Shown: positions 9,312 to 18,813 of the stretch, piece by piece
Position numbering within the stretch: the first letter of the stretch is position 1
How the letters are laid out: each line of letters begins with the position of its first letter
Assembly: GCA_020833255.1 (NCBI GenBank)
Contig: JAJHQR010000002.1
Span: 1-60,007 of the forward strand
Direction of reading: 5' to 3'
DNA length: 60,007 nucleotides
Source: Desulfurococcaceae archaeon
GTDB taxonomy: Archaea > Thermoproteota > Thermoprotei_A > Sulfolobales > NBVN01
Program-made: the position numbers and the translations under genes
Notes under the pieces: model-generated
What the model saw: the letters and a program-made list of their open reading frames with translations, nothing else
Databases searched by the model: none
Told to the model about the DNA's origin: nothing

Positions 9312-9636
9312 CCTTAGAACTTCGAGGAATTCGTCCGTGGTTATTGGTCGGTGTTTCTTGAAGACTATGGTTGAGCCCCTCCTCTCCCAAGGGAGTCTCC
9401 CATCTATGAACGTGATCCTACCACTACATGAACTTATGGTGTAGAGATCCTCGAACTCGAAGAGTTTCTTAAGGATGTCCAGTATGTCCTCGTCTAAGTA
9501 ACCTATCTCAAGATCCTCTGCTAGCCTCCTCCACAGCTTTTCCTTACGTAATCTCCACTTCTCAGGATCTACGAAAGGCAGCTTAAGCGCACCCTAAATA
9601 AAAATTATTTAAGAGTCTAAATATGAGTTAGTTCTG

Positions 9637-10812
9637 GTGTGGAAAATGTTGGATAGGATAGAGGCCATGACTCCCGGTCAGGAAAAGCTTAAGGAAGCTC
9701 TCAAAGAAGACATATTCTCTATCGTAGGGATTTTCGGCCCTACAGGTGTTGGTAAGTCTTTATTCGCTCTAGCTTACGGGATCGGCTCGGTTAGTGAGGG
9801 GAAGTATAAGAGGCTGATCGTGATCAGACCGGTCATAGACGTTACGACAGGTAAGGAACTCACGGTAGCTGAGTCAGGACCCTTATTCATGGAACTCTCT
9901 AAACAGTACGTGACAGACGTCTTAAGCGGTTTAATGTCTTGGGAAGAGGTGGAGAAGTTAATAAGGGAGGGTAAGATAACCTTCGCCGACAGCCACTACC
10001 TCAAGGGGAGGACTTTCGATGACTCAATAGTTTTCATCGATGACGCTCAATCCATGAAGCTAGAATCACTCATTGAAGCCATAGTTAGGGTAGGCAAGAA
10101 CAGTAAGTTGATAGTTGCTGCCGACCCGATATTCCAGGCTTTGAGGAGCAAGCATCAAGACCCCACATCAGTTATACGGGAGATTTTAGCGGGTGAGGCT
10201 AGGGCGGCCGTGATCGACTTAGGGATAAAAGACATCGTTAGGGAGGGCGCTAGGATGGGCCTCAGATTACTCATGGAGTACATGCTTAGAACGAGGAAGT
10301 TGACGGATACGGAGCAGAAAGTTCTTGAAGTTGTTAAGCTGAAATCGCCTGACGCAGACGTCATAACAGTCTTAGATGTTGGTAAGCTGGCAACCAACTA
10401 CGGGATTTCCTTAGAGCACGTACCTAACTACCTAGTAGTCGTCAAGAAAGAGCATTTAGGGAGGCTGGTCGGCAAGGGTGGTGAGAGAATCACCTCAATA
10501 GAGAAGGAACTAAACGCTAGGGTGAGAGGCGTTGAGCTAGACACGGATATCTCAGAACTGATAAGAGCGGTACACCCAGTATCCTGGGTTTGGAAGAGGG
10601 TGGTGGACGTGGACTTCAAGGGCGCCTACATATTCGTTGAGGTAGAGGAGGGGGTTCTCGGAGCTTTCGTAGGTCAGAGAGGATCCTACGTGAGATTCCT
10701 AGACGCCATAACTAGAGAATTATTCGGTATAGGGGTTAAAGTCACTACCTCAAGCAAAGAGTCGAAGCCCGCGTCCGAGAAGAAACCTAAGAAATCCAAG
10801 AAGAGTTCTTGA
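9637..10812 (+). CDS. PhoH-like ATPase with C-terminal KH domain
   Basis: Walker A GPTGVGKS, Walker B VFIDDAQ, C-terminal GKGGERITSIEKEL (the KH GXXG loop) and a Lys-rich tail. The start may be the ATG at 9646. Confidence 0.75.
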   Translation: MWKMLDRIEAMTPGQEKLKEALKEDIFSIVGIFGPTGVGKSLFALAYGIGSVSEGKYKRLIVIRPVIDVTTGKELTVAESGPLFMELSKQYVTDVLSGLMSWEEVEKLIREGKITFADSHYLKGRTFDDSIVFIDDAQSMKLESLIEAIVRVGKNSKLIVAADPIFQALRSKHQDPTSVIREILAGEARAAVIDLGIKDIVREGARMGLRLLMEYMLRTRKLTDTEQKVLEVVKLKSPDADVITVLDVGKLATNYGISLEHVPNYLVVVKKEHLGRLVGKGGERITSIEKELNARVRGVELDTDISELIRAVHPVSWVWKRVVDVDFKGAYIFVEVEEGVLGAFVGQRGSYVRFLDAITRELFGIGVKVTTSSKESKPASEKKPKKSKKSS

Positions 10813-10844
10813 AAGCATTGGAAACCCTCACACGAAGTTACCTC

Positions 10845-11711
10845 TCAACCACGACACACCCTTATGTCGTAGACTACCTGGTAATACCTGGGCCCAACAC
10901 TCCTTACCACTCTGCCGTACAGGAACTCGTAACGAACGCCGCTTCCGGCTAACTCCTCGCTAAACACCTCCTTCCCCTTAAGCAGGGCCTCATCCCTCTC
11001 CTCAGCACTCACGAAGTCGTAGACGTGAATCACGCCGCAATCCCTTAACGCTGAGATAGCGTCCCGTAAGTAAATACGTGAGTATTCCGGCAGGGGCATC
11101 AACACCCTGTCAGACATCCCGGTAAACTCCTTCACTACTTGCGCCGCGTCCCCTAACCTAGCCTCCACGACGTCCTCAACACCGTTCAGCGCTATGTTCT
11201 CACGCATTAACTCGTACGCGCGTGGATTTATGTCTATGGATATGACTTTCCTCGGCTTCGCTTTCTTAGCTATTATTATTGAGAAGAGACCGGCTCCGGC
11301 AAACATGTTTATTATGAACTCACCCGGTCTCACTAAATCCGCTATCCTCCTATGCTCGTAGTTTAGGGCCGGGGAGACGTACACGGAGTTTATGTCTACC
11401 TTGAAAACACACCCGTGCTCCCGGTAAGTAGTAACACTCCTGTTCTCACCTGCTAGTAAGACGTGCTCCCTAATCCTGTGCTGAGTCTTCACGGAAGTCA
11501 CCGCTAGCCACACAGACTTAACGTAAGGTAGCTTCCTAAGAATCTCCTCACCTAAAGGTACGAAAGCCTCGACCGGGAGGTCAGGGGGCTTCCTGATCAC
11601 CGCTATATCACCTATTATCTCCACCCTCCCCCAAATCTTCCTAGCGTTCTCAACCCCCAAGATCTCCTCAGCTATCTTCCTCAGCAACTTACCCCTACTC
11701 ATCTCGACCAC
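10845..11711 (-). CDS. tRNA (guanine37-N1)-methyltransferase Trm5 / Taw2-type Met-10+ class I methyltransferase
   Basis: 288 aa. The blocks FKVDINSVYVSPALNYEHRRIADLV and NMFAGAGLFSIIIAK (SAM-binding) are typical of the Trm5/TYW2 family. Confidence 0.85.
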   Translation of the reverse strand: MVEMSRGKLLRKIAEEILGVENARKIWGRVEIIGDIAVIRKPPDLPVEAFVPLGEEILRKLPYVKSVWLAVTSVKTQHRIREHVLLAGENRSVTTYREHGCVFKVDINSVYVSPALNYEHRRIADLVRPGEFIINMFAGAGLFSIIIAKKAKPRKVISIDINPRAYELMRENIALNGVEDVVEARLGDAAQVVKEFTGMSDRVLMPLPEYSRIYLRDAISALRDCGVIHVYDFVSAEERDEALLKGKEVFSEELAGSGVRYEFLYGRVVRSVGPRYYQVVYDIRVCRG

Positions 11712-11783
11712 TAATCGATTACCTTAACTCACCGACCTGAAATCCCTTAAGACTGTTTTTATAGTTTCGAAAAACTAATATAA

Positions 11784-12491
11784 TTGGTGGTATTTATGCC
11801 TACTATGAGGACCGGGTTAGTTATTGCAGGGGGGTACGCTACTAAAGTTAGGAGAGTGATCTTCGCTCAGCTATCCGAAGACATTAAAGAGAAAAGAATA
11901 GATAGTAAGACCGTGGCTTTCCACGTAGCGCAACTCAACAGGTTCTTGTTCACGGTACTGGTAGACAAGCTTAAAGTCGATAAGAGAGACGCCGTAAGGT
12001 TAAGCATCGATTACGAAGTAAGTGAAGGCAAGATACTCTGGAAATTTGATACGTTGAGGGTGGAGGTCTTTAGGAGAGTGCCGGACGAGGAGGTAACCGC
12101 CGTACTAACCGCGTTAGTGCCTGAAGCTGAGAAAATAATGGCTGCGCCAGTAGAGTATACCGTTGAGTATGCTGGGGAAACCAGCGACGGAGACAAGATC
12201 TACGTGCTGAAAGTCGGTGAGCGTGAGGGAGGTATCGTGGAGGTCATCCCGATAAACGAGGAATTCTTGTTCGTTAAGGTCGGCGTCTTGCTGGTGCCGG
12301 AACCTACTAAAATAGAGAAAGTAAGGGTAGCTCTCGAGGGCAGAACGCATGAGGAAGCTCTGAAAGCTTCTATCAACGACTTACTAGGTAGGGGCAAGCC
12401 CGTAGCGCCTGAGGAAGCAGACTCAATAATAAGTTACGTGAGGAGCAGACTAGGCGAGGTAAGGCCTGAAGCGAAGATAGAGTACGAGTAA
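11784..12491 (+). CDS. Conserved archaeal hypothetical protein
   Basis: 235-aa ORF in a clean intergenic context. The probable start is the ATG at 11796 (MPTMRTG...). No domain recognised with confidence. Confidence 0.5.
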   Translation: MVVFMPTMRTGLVIAGGYATKVRRVIFAQLSEDIKEKRIDSKTVAFHVAQLNRFLFTVLVDKLKVDKRDAVRLSIDYEVSEGKILWKFDTLRVEVFRRVPDEEVTAVLTALVPEAEKIMAAPVEYTVEYAGETSDGDKIYVLKVGEREGGIVEVIPINEEFLFVKVGVLLVPEPTKIEKVRVALEGRTHEEALKASINDLLGRGKPVAPEEADSIISYVRSRLGEVRPEAKIEYE

Positions 12492-12496
12492 CGCAC

Positions 12497-13510
12497 TCAC
12501 CAAGGGAAAACATAAGGCTCAAAAACTTTTTTCAACGCCATAAAAGCCTCACCAGGCGTTAAAACAGGTTTTTCATAGTCGTGGAAATCCTCTATAGGTA
12601 GTCTAGGGCACGAGGTAATGACTATAGCGTCTAGCGTGCTTGAATCTACATCAATTAAAAGATCTCTCGTAAGGTATGAAGTCACGGCTACGTAGTACTT
12701 ACCCCCAGAACTGGTTATCAGCTTCGCGAGCTCGTTAATTATCCAGGGCCTGTATTGCCCTCCGCTACCAGCTATTATCAACCAAGACACGGCGTCCAGA
12801 GACTTCATTATCTTAGCAAACCTAGTCTTAAGAACCCTTGAAACGTACTCACCCAGGAAGCAGTATGCGTTCTCGTAAGGATCTAGCGAAATCACTTCCT
12901 TACTACCGCCGACCCTTAAACCAACACCTAACGCGTGGAACCTCCCGCCAGCCACCACCAAGAAAGCATCGACAGAATCCTTCACAGCATCCAAGCTAGA
13001 AAACCAGCACCCGAACACCACCTCAACACCCTTATTCACTACCTCAAACCCGTTACTACGGAGTTGTTTGACGATGTCCTTAGTCAGGTCCACGTGCTGA
13101 GCCGTCGTGTACACGGCTAACCTCACATACCCGTGTTTCCTTAAATCATTGATTAAGGAAGTCAAGACTTCGTGATCCGGCCTAGTCCTCGACTGCAAAT
13201 CAACGTAAACTACGTTACTTGGCGGACTCCAGTAAGGGTACTTCCTATGACCTAAGTGAATCACTAAATCATACCTACCCGCAACCCCTACGTCTATGAG
13301 GCATGAACCAAACGAGGGGCTTGCGTCTATGTGTATCTCCGCACCCCCCAGTATCTCCCTCAAGTAGTCTATTATCTCGTAAGACCTGTTCTTGAACCCC
13401 TCAGGGACTTGAAGGAGTATTTTAGAGGGTTTCCTCTCCTTAACCACCCTAGAAAGCTCGCTAACGTCAATATAGTAGTAGTCGAGAAACGAGTTCTTAG
13501 GTAAGCTCAT
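12497..13510 (-). CDS. dph2: 2-(3-amino-3-carboxypropyl)histidine synthase (diphthamide synthesis Dph2)
   Basis: 337 aa. The SKILLQVPEGFK N-terminal block and three-domain length are typical of archaeal Dph2. It overlaps L10e by 4 nt. Confidence 0.85.
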   Translation of the reverse strand: MSLPKNSFLDYYYIDVSELSRVVKERKPSKILLQVPEGFKNRSYEIIDYLREILGGAEIHIDASPSFGSCLIDVGVAGRYDLVIHLGHRKYPYWSPPSNVVYVDLQSRTRPDHEVLTSLINDLRKHGYVRLAVYTTAQHVDLTKDIVKQLRSNGFEVVNKGVEVVFGCWFSSLDAVKDSVDAFLVVAGGRFHALGVGLRVGGSKEVISLDPYENAYCFLGEYVSRVLKTRFAKIMKSLDAVSWLIIAGSGGQYRPWIINELAKLITSSGGKYYVAVTSYLTRDLLIDVDSSTLDAIVITSCPRLPIEDFHDYEKPVLTPGEAFMALKKVFEPYVFPW

Positions 13511-14058
13511 TTCTGCGTTTCCGCCGCGTTAGTGGGGGTGGCTGAGCTACCGGGTTTTAACTCCCTTACCCGCAACATGGTTCTAATACCTATCTTATCT
13601 CTGAATCGCCTTAAAGCCTCCTTAGCTTGAGGCAGGTTCTTAGCGGAGATCCTCACCTCCGCTATCACACTACCGTAGAAAACTCTTGCGCCAACACCAA
13701 CGGGTTTTCCGAAGGCCTTACGCATGCCGTCCTGAAGTCTGTCAGCTCCTGCGAAAGCCATCATCTTATTCTCTCTGAGTACGTGATGAGGGTATTGCCT
13801 GACCATGAAGAAGTACTTGTCCTCCCCGACGTACTTGCTTAAGTATTTATGAGCCATGACTCTAGCGGCTTCAAGCCCGTTATGCCTCAGTATAGCGTTC
13901 TCTAAAGAAATCAGCTCAACGACTAGTTCGTAATCCCCGCGAGGGTTGCCCATGACGAACTTACTTATCTTAGGTTGCGGTATGCCGTCTATGTATTCCT
14001 TCCTCGTGTACGGGGGCTTGTGCATGTCTTTATAGCATCTAGCAGGTCTTAACGGCAC
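13507..14058 (-). CDS. rpl10e: 50S ribosomal protein L10e (uL16)
   Basis: MPLRPARCYKDMHKPPYTRKEYI.. is the canonical L10e N-terminus. Confidence 0.95.
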   Translation of the reverse strand: MPLRPARCYKDMHKPPYTRKEYIDGIPQPKISKFVMGNPRGDYELVVELISLENAILRHNGLEAARVMAHKYLSKYVGEDKYFFMVRQYPHHVLRENKMMAFAGADRLQDGMRKAFGKPVGVGARVFYGSVIAEVRISAKNLPQAKEALRRFRDKIGIRTMLRVRELKPGSSATPTNAAETQK

Positions 14059-14092
14059 TCTCTACCACCAAAGATTACTGAGTTGAAGGTTT

Positions 14093-14866
14093 TTAAGTAT
14101 GTGTGTCTCTCGACCTCAGCTGAAACACTATCTTCTTCAACACCCTGTATAAAGCCCCGCACTCAGGGTTTCTAGGGTTGGCTCTAAACAAGATGTTCCT
14201 GAATGCCCTAACACCTTTATCGTCGTCGAGTAACTTACTCAACTCCTCCAACTCCTTCCTCAAAGCCTTCAACACGTTCTCCTCACACTCACTAACCTCG
14301 TAAGACTCCCTCATCGAAGCTCTGAGGACCTCGTACATGTAGATAGCTACCGCGTGCGATAAGTTAAGCACGTTGTAGTCGGTCCCTGTGTCCAGAGTGG
14401 ACACTAAGTCACACTTATCTAATTCCTCTCTTTTAAGACCCACGCTCTCCCTACCGAAGACTAGAGCCACCTTACCGGATTTAGGTAAGACATAGCTTAA
14501 TAGGTAGGGAGGTAGTGACTGTCTTAACACGTCCGACTCTAAATCAGCTATTGAGGTAGTGCATATAGATAACCTAACGCCTGAAAGACATTCCTCAACA
14601 CTAGACTTAACGGCCACGCTACTCAGTAACTCAGCACCTCTCGCGGCAAACTCCCTAACTTCAGGATCGCTTAAATCAAACTGCGGGCTAACCACACATA
14701 AGTCGTTAATACCGAAGTTTCTAGCAAGCCTTAATATGAAGCCCATGTTAATTCTTCCTTCAGGACCAACCACCACTAACCTGACGTCAGGCTTAGCCAA
14801 CGCGCTACCCATAAAATCAAGTACTCGACACTTAAAATACGTATCACGCGCCACCCATACCCTCAA
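14093..14866 (-). CDS. SpoU/TrmH-family RNA 2'-O-methyltransferase (TrmJ-like)
   Basis: Contains VRLVVVGPEGRINMGFILRLARNFG, VALVFGRESVGL and NVLNLSHAVAIYMYE (SPOUT knot motifs). The start is more likely the ATG at 14812. Confidence 0.85.
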   Translation of the reverse strand: MRVWVARDTYFKCRVLDFMGSALAKPDVRLVVVGPEGRINMGFILRLARNFGINDLCVVSPQFDLSDPEVREFAARGAELLSSVAVKSSVEECLSGVRLSICTTSIADLESDVLRQSLPPYLLSYVLPKSGKVALVFGRESVGLKREELDKCDLVSTLDTGTDYNVLNLSHAVAIYMYEVLRASMRESYEVSECEENVLKALRKELEELSKLLDDDKGVRAFRNILFRANPRNPECGALYRVLKKIVFQLRSRDTHT

Positions 14867-14893
14867 GGAACTTCTTCAGCCTGAACAGTGGCG

Positions 14894-15604
14894 TTACCGC
14901 GTGCGAGGAACCTCAGCTCTCACAGTAGTTTCCTCGCCCGGCTTAAGCACTATGAGCTCTGCCGCGACACCGAACTCTATCAAGTAACGTCTGAATTCTT
15001 CTGGCGTGCCTCTCAACATGGGGAAGGTGCCGTAATGCATTGGGATAACGTACTTGGGGTTCAGGAGATGCGCGGCGTACGCGGCTTCCCTAGGCCCCAT
15101 AGTGAAGTGCCCTCCGATCGGTAAGAGCGCTACTAACGGCTTATATAGTTCGCCGACGAGCTTCATCTCGTAAGTTAATCCTGTGTCGCCGGCATGGTAT
15201 ACCGTATTCCCTAACTTACTTATTAAGACCCCTGTCGGCGCCCCCTTACCGCTAGAGTGGAGCGCCGGGGTTAACACTACCTCAAATCCTTCCCCTAAGT
15301 CTATAGGTCCCCCTATATTACCCCCGATAGCTCTCTGCTCACTACCTAGTTCTTCAGCTATGTATGAAGCTAGCTCATATATAGCTACTGCCTTAGAGCT
15401 AGGGCAGTTCCTCAATATTTCAAGAGCGTTACCTACGTGATCCCCGTGATCGTGCGTCACCACTATGAAGTCCCCGCATACTTGATTCAACTTCTTCTCA
15501 GGGGATACAGGGTTTAATATCCAGGGATCTATCAAGAAGACCTTACCAAACATCTCTATCTTGAAAGCCGCATGACCAAACCACTTAATCTTTATATCAT
15601 ACAT
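14894..15604 (-). CDS. Metallo-beta-lactamase-fold hydrolase (UPF0173 family)
   Basis: The N-terminus IKWFGHAAFKIE and the VTHDHGDH metal motif are typical of the archaeal UPF0173 family. Confidence 0.85.
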   Translation of the reverse strand: MYDIKIKWFGHAAFKIEMFGKVFLIDPWILNPVSPEKKLNQVCGDFIVVTHDHGDHVGNALEILRNCPSSKAVAIYELASYIAEELGSEQRAIGGNIGGPIDLGEGFEVVLTPALHSSGKGAPTGVLISKLGNTVYHAGDTGLTYEMKLVGELYKPLVALLPIGGHFTMGPREAAYAAHLLNPKYVIPMHYGTFPMLRGTPEEFRRYLIEFGVAAELIVLKPGEETTVRAEVPRTR

Positions 15605-15743
15605 TTAACACACCTTAAATAATATTACTTACGAGATCTAAAATATCTTCACTAAGTGAAGAACGACGCGCTAGATTAGTTCGCGATTCGTTGAGGGTCG
15701 TGGATTACTAATATTATTTTATGGTCACCTTAACATATTTAGA

Positions 15744-16682
15744 GTGGTGTTGAACACGAGTGACGCGGAGTTCGTGGAAGCGTATCTGAGGGCTGGCGAG
15801 ATAGCTTACAGGGTTAAGAAATCCGTTGTCTCGTTAGTTAAGCCTTCCACCAGATTACTTGATTTAGCTGAGAGGGTGGAGGAGTTGATAAGGTCTTTCG
15901 GTGGTGAGCCTGCTTTCCCAACCAACATATCGGTTAATGAGATAGCTGCTCATGACACCCCCTACGTAGGTGATTCTAGAGTGATTACTGAGGACTCGCT
16001 AGTTAAGATTGATTTAGGGGTTCACGTGAACGGGTTCATAGCTGACACAGCGATCACGGTAACCCTCTCAGATAAGGCGGTTAAGCTGGTTGAAGCTACT
16101 GAGGAAGCTTTACGTAAAGCGTTGACTTCCTTAAGCCCCGGAACACCTATAAACGCTGTGGGGAGGGCTGTGGAGGCAGTCGCTAAGAAATACGGGTTTA
16201 ACGTGATCAAGAACCTGACGGGCCACTCTCTAGGCAGGTACTTAATACATGCCGGTGAGGTTATCCCCAACCACTTCACCAGGCTAGCTCTAGGTAAGTT
16301 ATCTAACGGCAGAGCATACGCTATAGAGCCTTTCCTAACCCCGGGTAAGGGCTACGTGGAGGAAGTAAGGACCTCTACCTACATATACGCGTTAAACACA
16401 GGCTTCAAAAACAAGCAGGTCACGGAGGAAGAATCTCTCCTAATAAAAACCATATACGAGAAGTTTAGGACCCTCCCACTATGTGAGAGATGGCTTACAA
16501 GAGAATTCAGTGATTTAAGTAGGTTGCGGGCACTGCTCCAGAGCTTGGTAAGGAAATCAGTTCTTACAGCATACCCCGTCTTAAGGGAAGTGAGCGGTAA
16601 TCTAGTAGCTCAGTTCGAGGAAACAATCCTGGTAAGTGGTGGCAGGATCATAATCACGACTAACCCGGAGCTAAACAAATGA
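15744..16682 (+). CDS. map: Methionine aminopeptidase, type II
   Basis: 312 aa with an AAHDTP..DLGVHVNGFIADTA pita-bread core and the type-II insertion. GTG start. Confidence 0.9.
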   Translation: MVLNTSDAEFVEAYLRAGEIAYRVKKSVVSLVKPSTRLLDLAERVEELIRSFGGEPAFPTNISVNEIAAHDTPYVGDSRVITEDSLVKIDLGVHVNGFIADTAITVTLSDKAVKLVEATEEALRKALTSLSPGTPINAVGRAVEAVAKKYGFNVIKNLTGHSLGRYLIHAGEVIPNHFTRLALGKLSNGRAYAIEPFLTPGKGYVEEVRTSTYIYALNTGFKNKQVTEEESLLIKTIYEKFRTLPLCERWLTREFSDLSRLRALLQSLVRKSVLTAYPVLREVSGNLVAQFEETILVSGGRIIITTNPELNK

Positions 16683-16799
16683 GTTGCTTCCGTGTTGAGC
16701 AGCCCCCCATATAGAAGAACGACTTAGTCATAGATTGCTAAACGAAAAATATAAATGTTTTAAGACTTAGGTTAGTGTGGTAAGTCGGGGTGTGAGTGA

Positions 16800-17897
16800 G
16801 TGGACGGGGTTCAGGACTGGACTTCTATGCTGATAGCAATCCTAATACTATCTTCCTTCATACTTAACTTCACGGATATACCGCAGAAGATTCAGTTCAC
16901 GCGGTACTCCTCTGTTGTGAGGAGAAAGCTTATGGAGTTAATAGAGTTTGAGGAAGAGGGTAGGAGGAAGTCGATAAAGTATTTGAAGGACATGAACTTA
17001 CCTAACCCGAAAACCCTCATAGACGACTACGTTGATAATTTCTTCATGATATTCCCTGTCGAGAGGGAACCTATTGACGTGATAAAGAGGTTGAAGCATT
17101 TGCTGAGAACACGTGATGAAGCTGTTAAGAGGTATGTTCTAGATAAAGTCCCTAACGTCTCAGAAATTGATAGGCAGAGGATTGAGGTGTTGCTAGAGCT
17201 TAACTCTGTACTTACCTACATAAACAAAGTAGTGAAGCATTACTATAACCTAGGCGTTAAGTTTAATGACTGGATCATGATGATGCAGTTAGCTCTCCAG
17301 ATAAACCAGATAGTCAGGCTAGCTAAAGCGTATAGAGACGCCATAGACTCATTCGGGGTGGGCGCGCCGATAGGGGATGGTGCCGGCGCCTTAGTCGCTA
17401 GAATGCTCTTAGGCAACGTTTCCGGAGCCTCGGAGATAGCTCCGGAGACCGTCTTGTACGAGACCTCGTTTGAGGGTAGGAAACTCTACGTGATAAAAGC
17501 TAAGGGCCCGGGACCCACGGTAGGATGGCCTGGTGAGGCGTTGGAGAAACTCGTTGACAGTCTTGAATGCAGGATCTCTAGAATAATAACTGTTGACGCA
17601 GCCTTAAAACTCGAGAGCGAGAAGAGCGGTGAGGTAGCCTACGGTGTTGGTGCGGCCATAGGTGATTTAGGGCCTGAGAAGATAGCTATGGAGAGAATAG
17701 CTTCTAGGTGCTCGGTACCGCTAGACGCGGTAGTGATTAAGATGAGTAACGAGGAAGCTATAAACACCATGACTAAGCAAGTCTACGAGGGTGTTGTGAG
17801 AGCAGCCGACATAGTCAAGAACACGATACTTAGTAAGACGAGGGAAGGCGACGCAGTAGTGGTTGTAGGGGTGGGCAACACCCTAGGCATAGAGTGA
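16800..17897 (+). CDS. Membrane-anchored conserved archaeal protein (DUF1512-like)
   Basis: 365 aa with a single N-terminal TM helix (MLIAILILSSFILNF; likely start is the ATG at 16827). Length and layout resemble archaeal DUF1512 proteins. The assignment is from memory only. Confidence 0.5.
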   Translation: MDGVQDWTSMLIAILILSSFILNFTDIPQKIQFTRYSSVVRRKLMELIEFEEEGRRKSIKYLKDMNLPNPKTLIDDYVDNFFMIFPVEREPIDVIKRLKHLLRTRDEAVKRYVLDKVPNVSEIDRQRIEVLLELNSVLTYINKVVKHYYNLGVKFNDWIMMMQLALQINQIVRLAKAYRDAIDSFGVGAPIGDGAGALVARMLLGNVSGASEIAPETVLYETSFEGRKLYVIKAKGPGPTVGWPGEALEKLVDSLECRISRIITVDAALKLESEKSGEVAYGVGAAIGDLGPEKIAMERIASRCSVPLDAVVIKMSNEEAINTMTKQVYEGVVRAADIVKNTILSKTREGDAVVVVGVGNTLGIE

Positions 17898-17898
17898 G

Positions 17899-18201
17899 GT
17901 GATGTCTGTGTTACTGGAATTAGACCCTCTCTACATACTCCTCATAGCCATAATCGTTTTCCTATCATCTTACCTGCTAATCTCTTACTTGAGAGAATCC
18001 TCAACACAGAAGAAGGAGGAGAAAGGCAAGATAGTCACTGTAAAGAAGTGCCTCAGCTGCAATTACGTGTTAAATAAGCCGTACGACAAGGGGGAGTACG
18101 TAGGTAGGGTAGGGGAGAAATGCCCTAAATGTGGCGGGGAGATGATGGTCACTGCAATATATCTTGAGACTCCGCCGCAACCCCAAGAAGCAATCTCATG
18201 A
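17899..18201 (+). CDS. Small membrane protein with a C-terminal zinc ribbon
   Basis: 100 aa with an N-terminal TM helix, then CLSCN..17 aa..CPKCG. It is coupled to the upstream gene (TGAggtgATG). Confidence 0.5.
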   Translation: MMSVLLELDPLYILLIAIIVFLSSYLLISYLRESSTQKKEEKGKIVTVKKCLSCNYVLNKPYDKGEYVGRVGEKCPKCGGEMMVTAIYLETPPQPQEAIS

Positions 18202-18543
18202 ACTACTCCCCCCAGAACATTCTTTAAGTATGTGGTCACGCACCACGTAGTAGATATCTCCTGAAACCTCCTCGCATTTAATCCCTTTGATATGGAATGA
18301 TATTGCTTTAAGAATGCCTTCTACTGTAGAGCCTTCAACACGAAGTGAGAAATCCCCCAGCCGAAGCCACTCAGACCAACATACTTCTACATTACCTACG
18401 TGAAGACACTCACTCTTAGGGAAGCAGTAAGGCAGGGCAGGCAAATCACCCACTAAATCGGCAGTGCCGTCGTCACCGCATACCGCAACAATCTTAACAA
18501 ACTCCTCCACCACGTACTCAGTAACCCGAACCATCCACACCAC
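18196..18543 (-). CDS. Hypothetical protein
   Basis: 115-aa ORF converging on the previous gene with a 6-nt overlap. No family recognised. Confidence 0.35.
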   Translation of the reverse strand: MVWMVRVTEYVVEEFVKIVAVCGDDGTADLVGDLPALPYCFPKSECLHVGNVEVCWSEWLRLGDFSLRVEGSTVEGILKAISFHIKGIKCEEVSGDIYYVVRDHILKECSGGSSS

Positions 18544-18680
18544 CGCTAAACATACATAGCTTAAAACTGAAAAATCCCTATTAAACGACGAAAATCAAGT
18601 ATTTCACAGAAACCTCGAAGTAATGGAAAGGATTTAAAACATGTCGCTATATTATTTATGGTCCGTGAGTGGCGGGACTT

Positions 18681-18740
18681 GATTAGATGATGAAGGTTGA
18701 AAGCGATGATTTAATGATTTGAGGCTGGGGGCTGATCCAA
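18681..18740 (+). ncRNA. Candidate C/D-box sRNA (2'-O-methylation guide)
   Basis: The layout is C box ATGATGA (18687-18693), a 12-nt guide, D' ATGA (18706-18709), 4 nt, C' ATGATTT (18714-18720), an 11-nt guide, then D box CTGA (18732-18735). A TATA-like CTATATTATTTAT lies about 30 nt upstream. Confidence 0.5.
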
Positions 18741-18813
18741 AACGTCTCGGCATATTCCCGCAACTCTTCCTCAACCCTAATTTAAGGATCCGGAAATTAT
18801 CTTAGGGGGGTGC

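Noticed and set aside
9016-9444. 142-aa plus-strand ORF over taw3
   Set aside because: It is antisense to the TYW3-homologous frame, and its product is Ser/Leu-rich and low-complexity.
14559-14987. 142-aa plus-strand ORF spanning the SpoU-like gene and the next gene
   Set aside because: It is antisense to two confident CDSs and crosses their intergenic gap. It is a shadow ORF.
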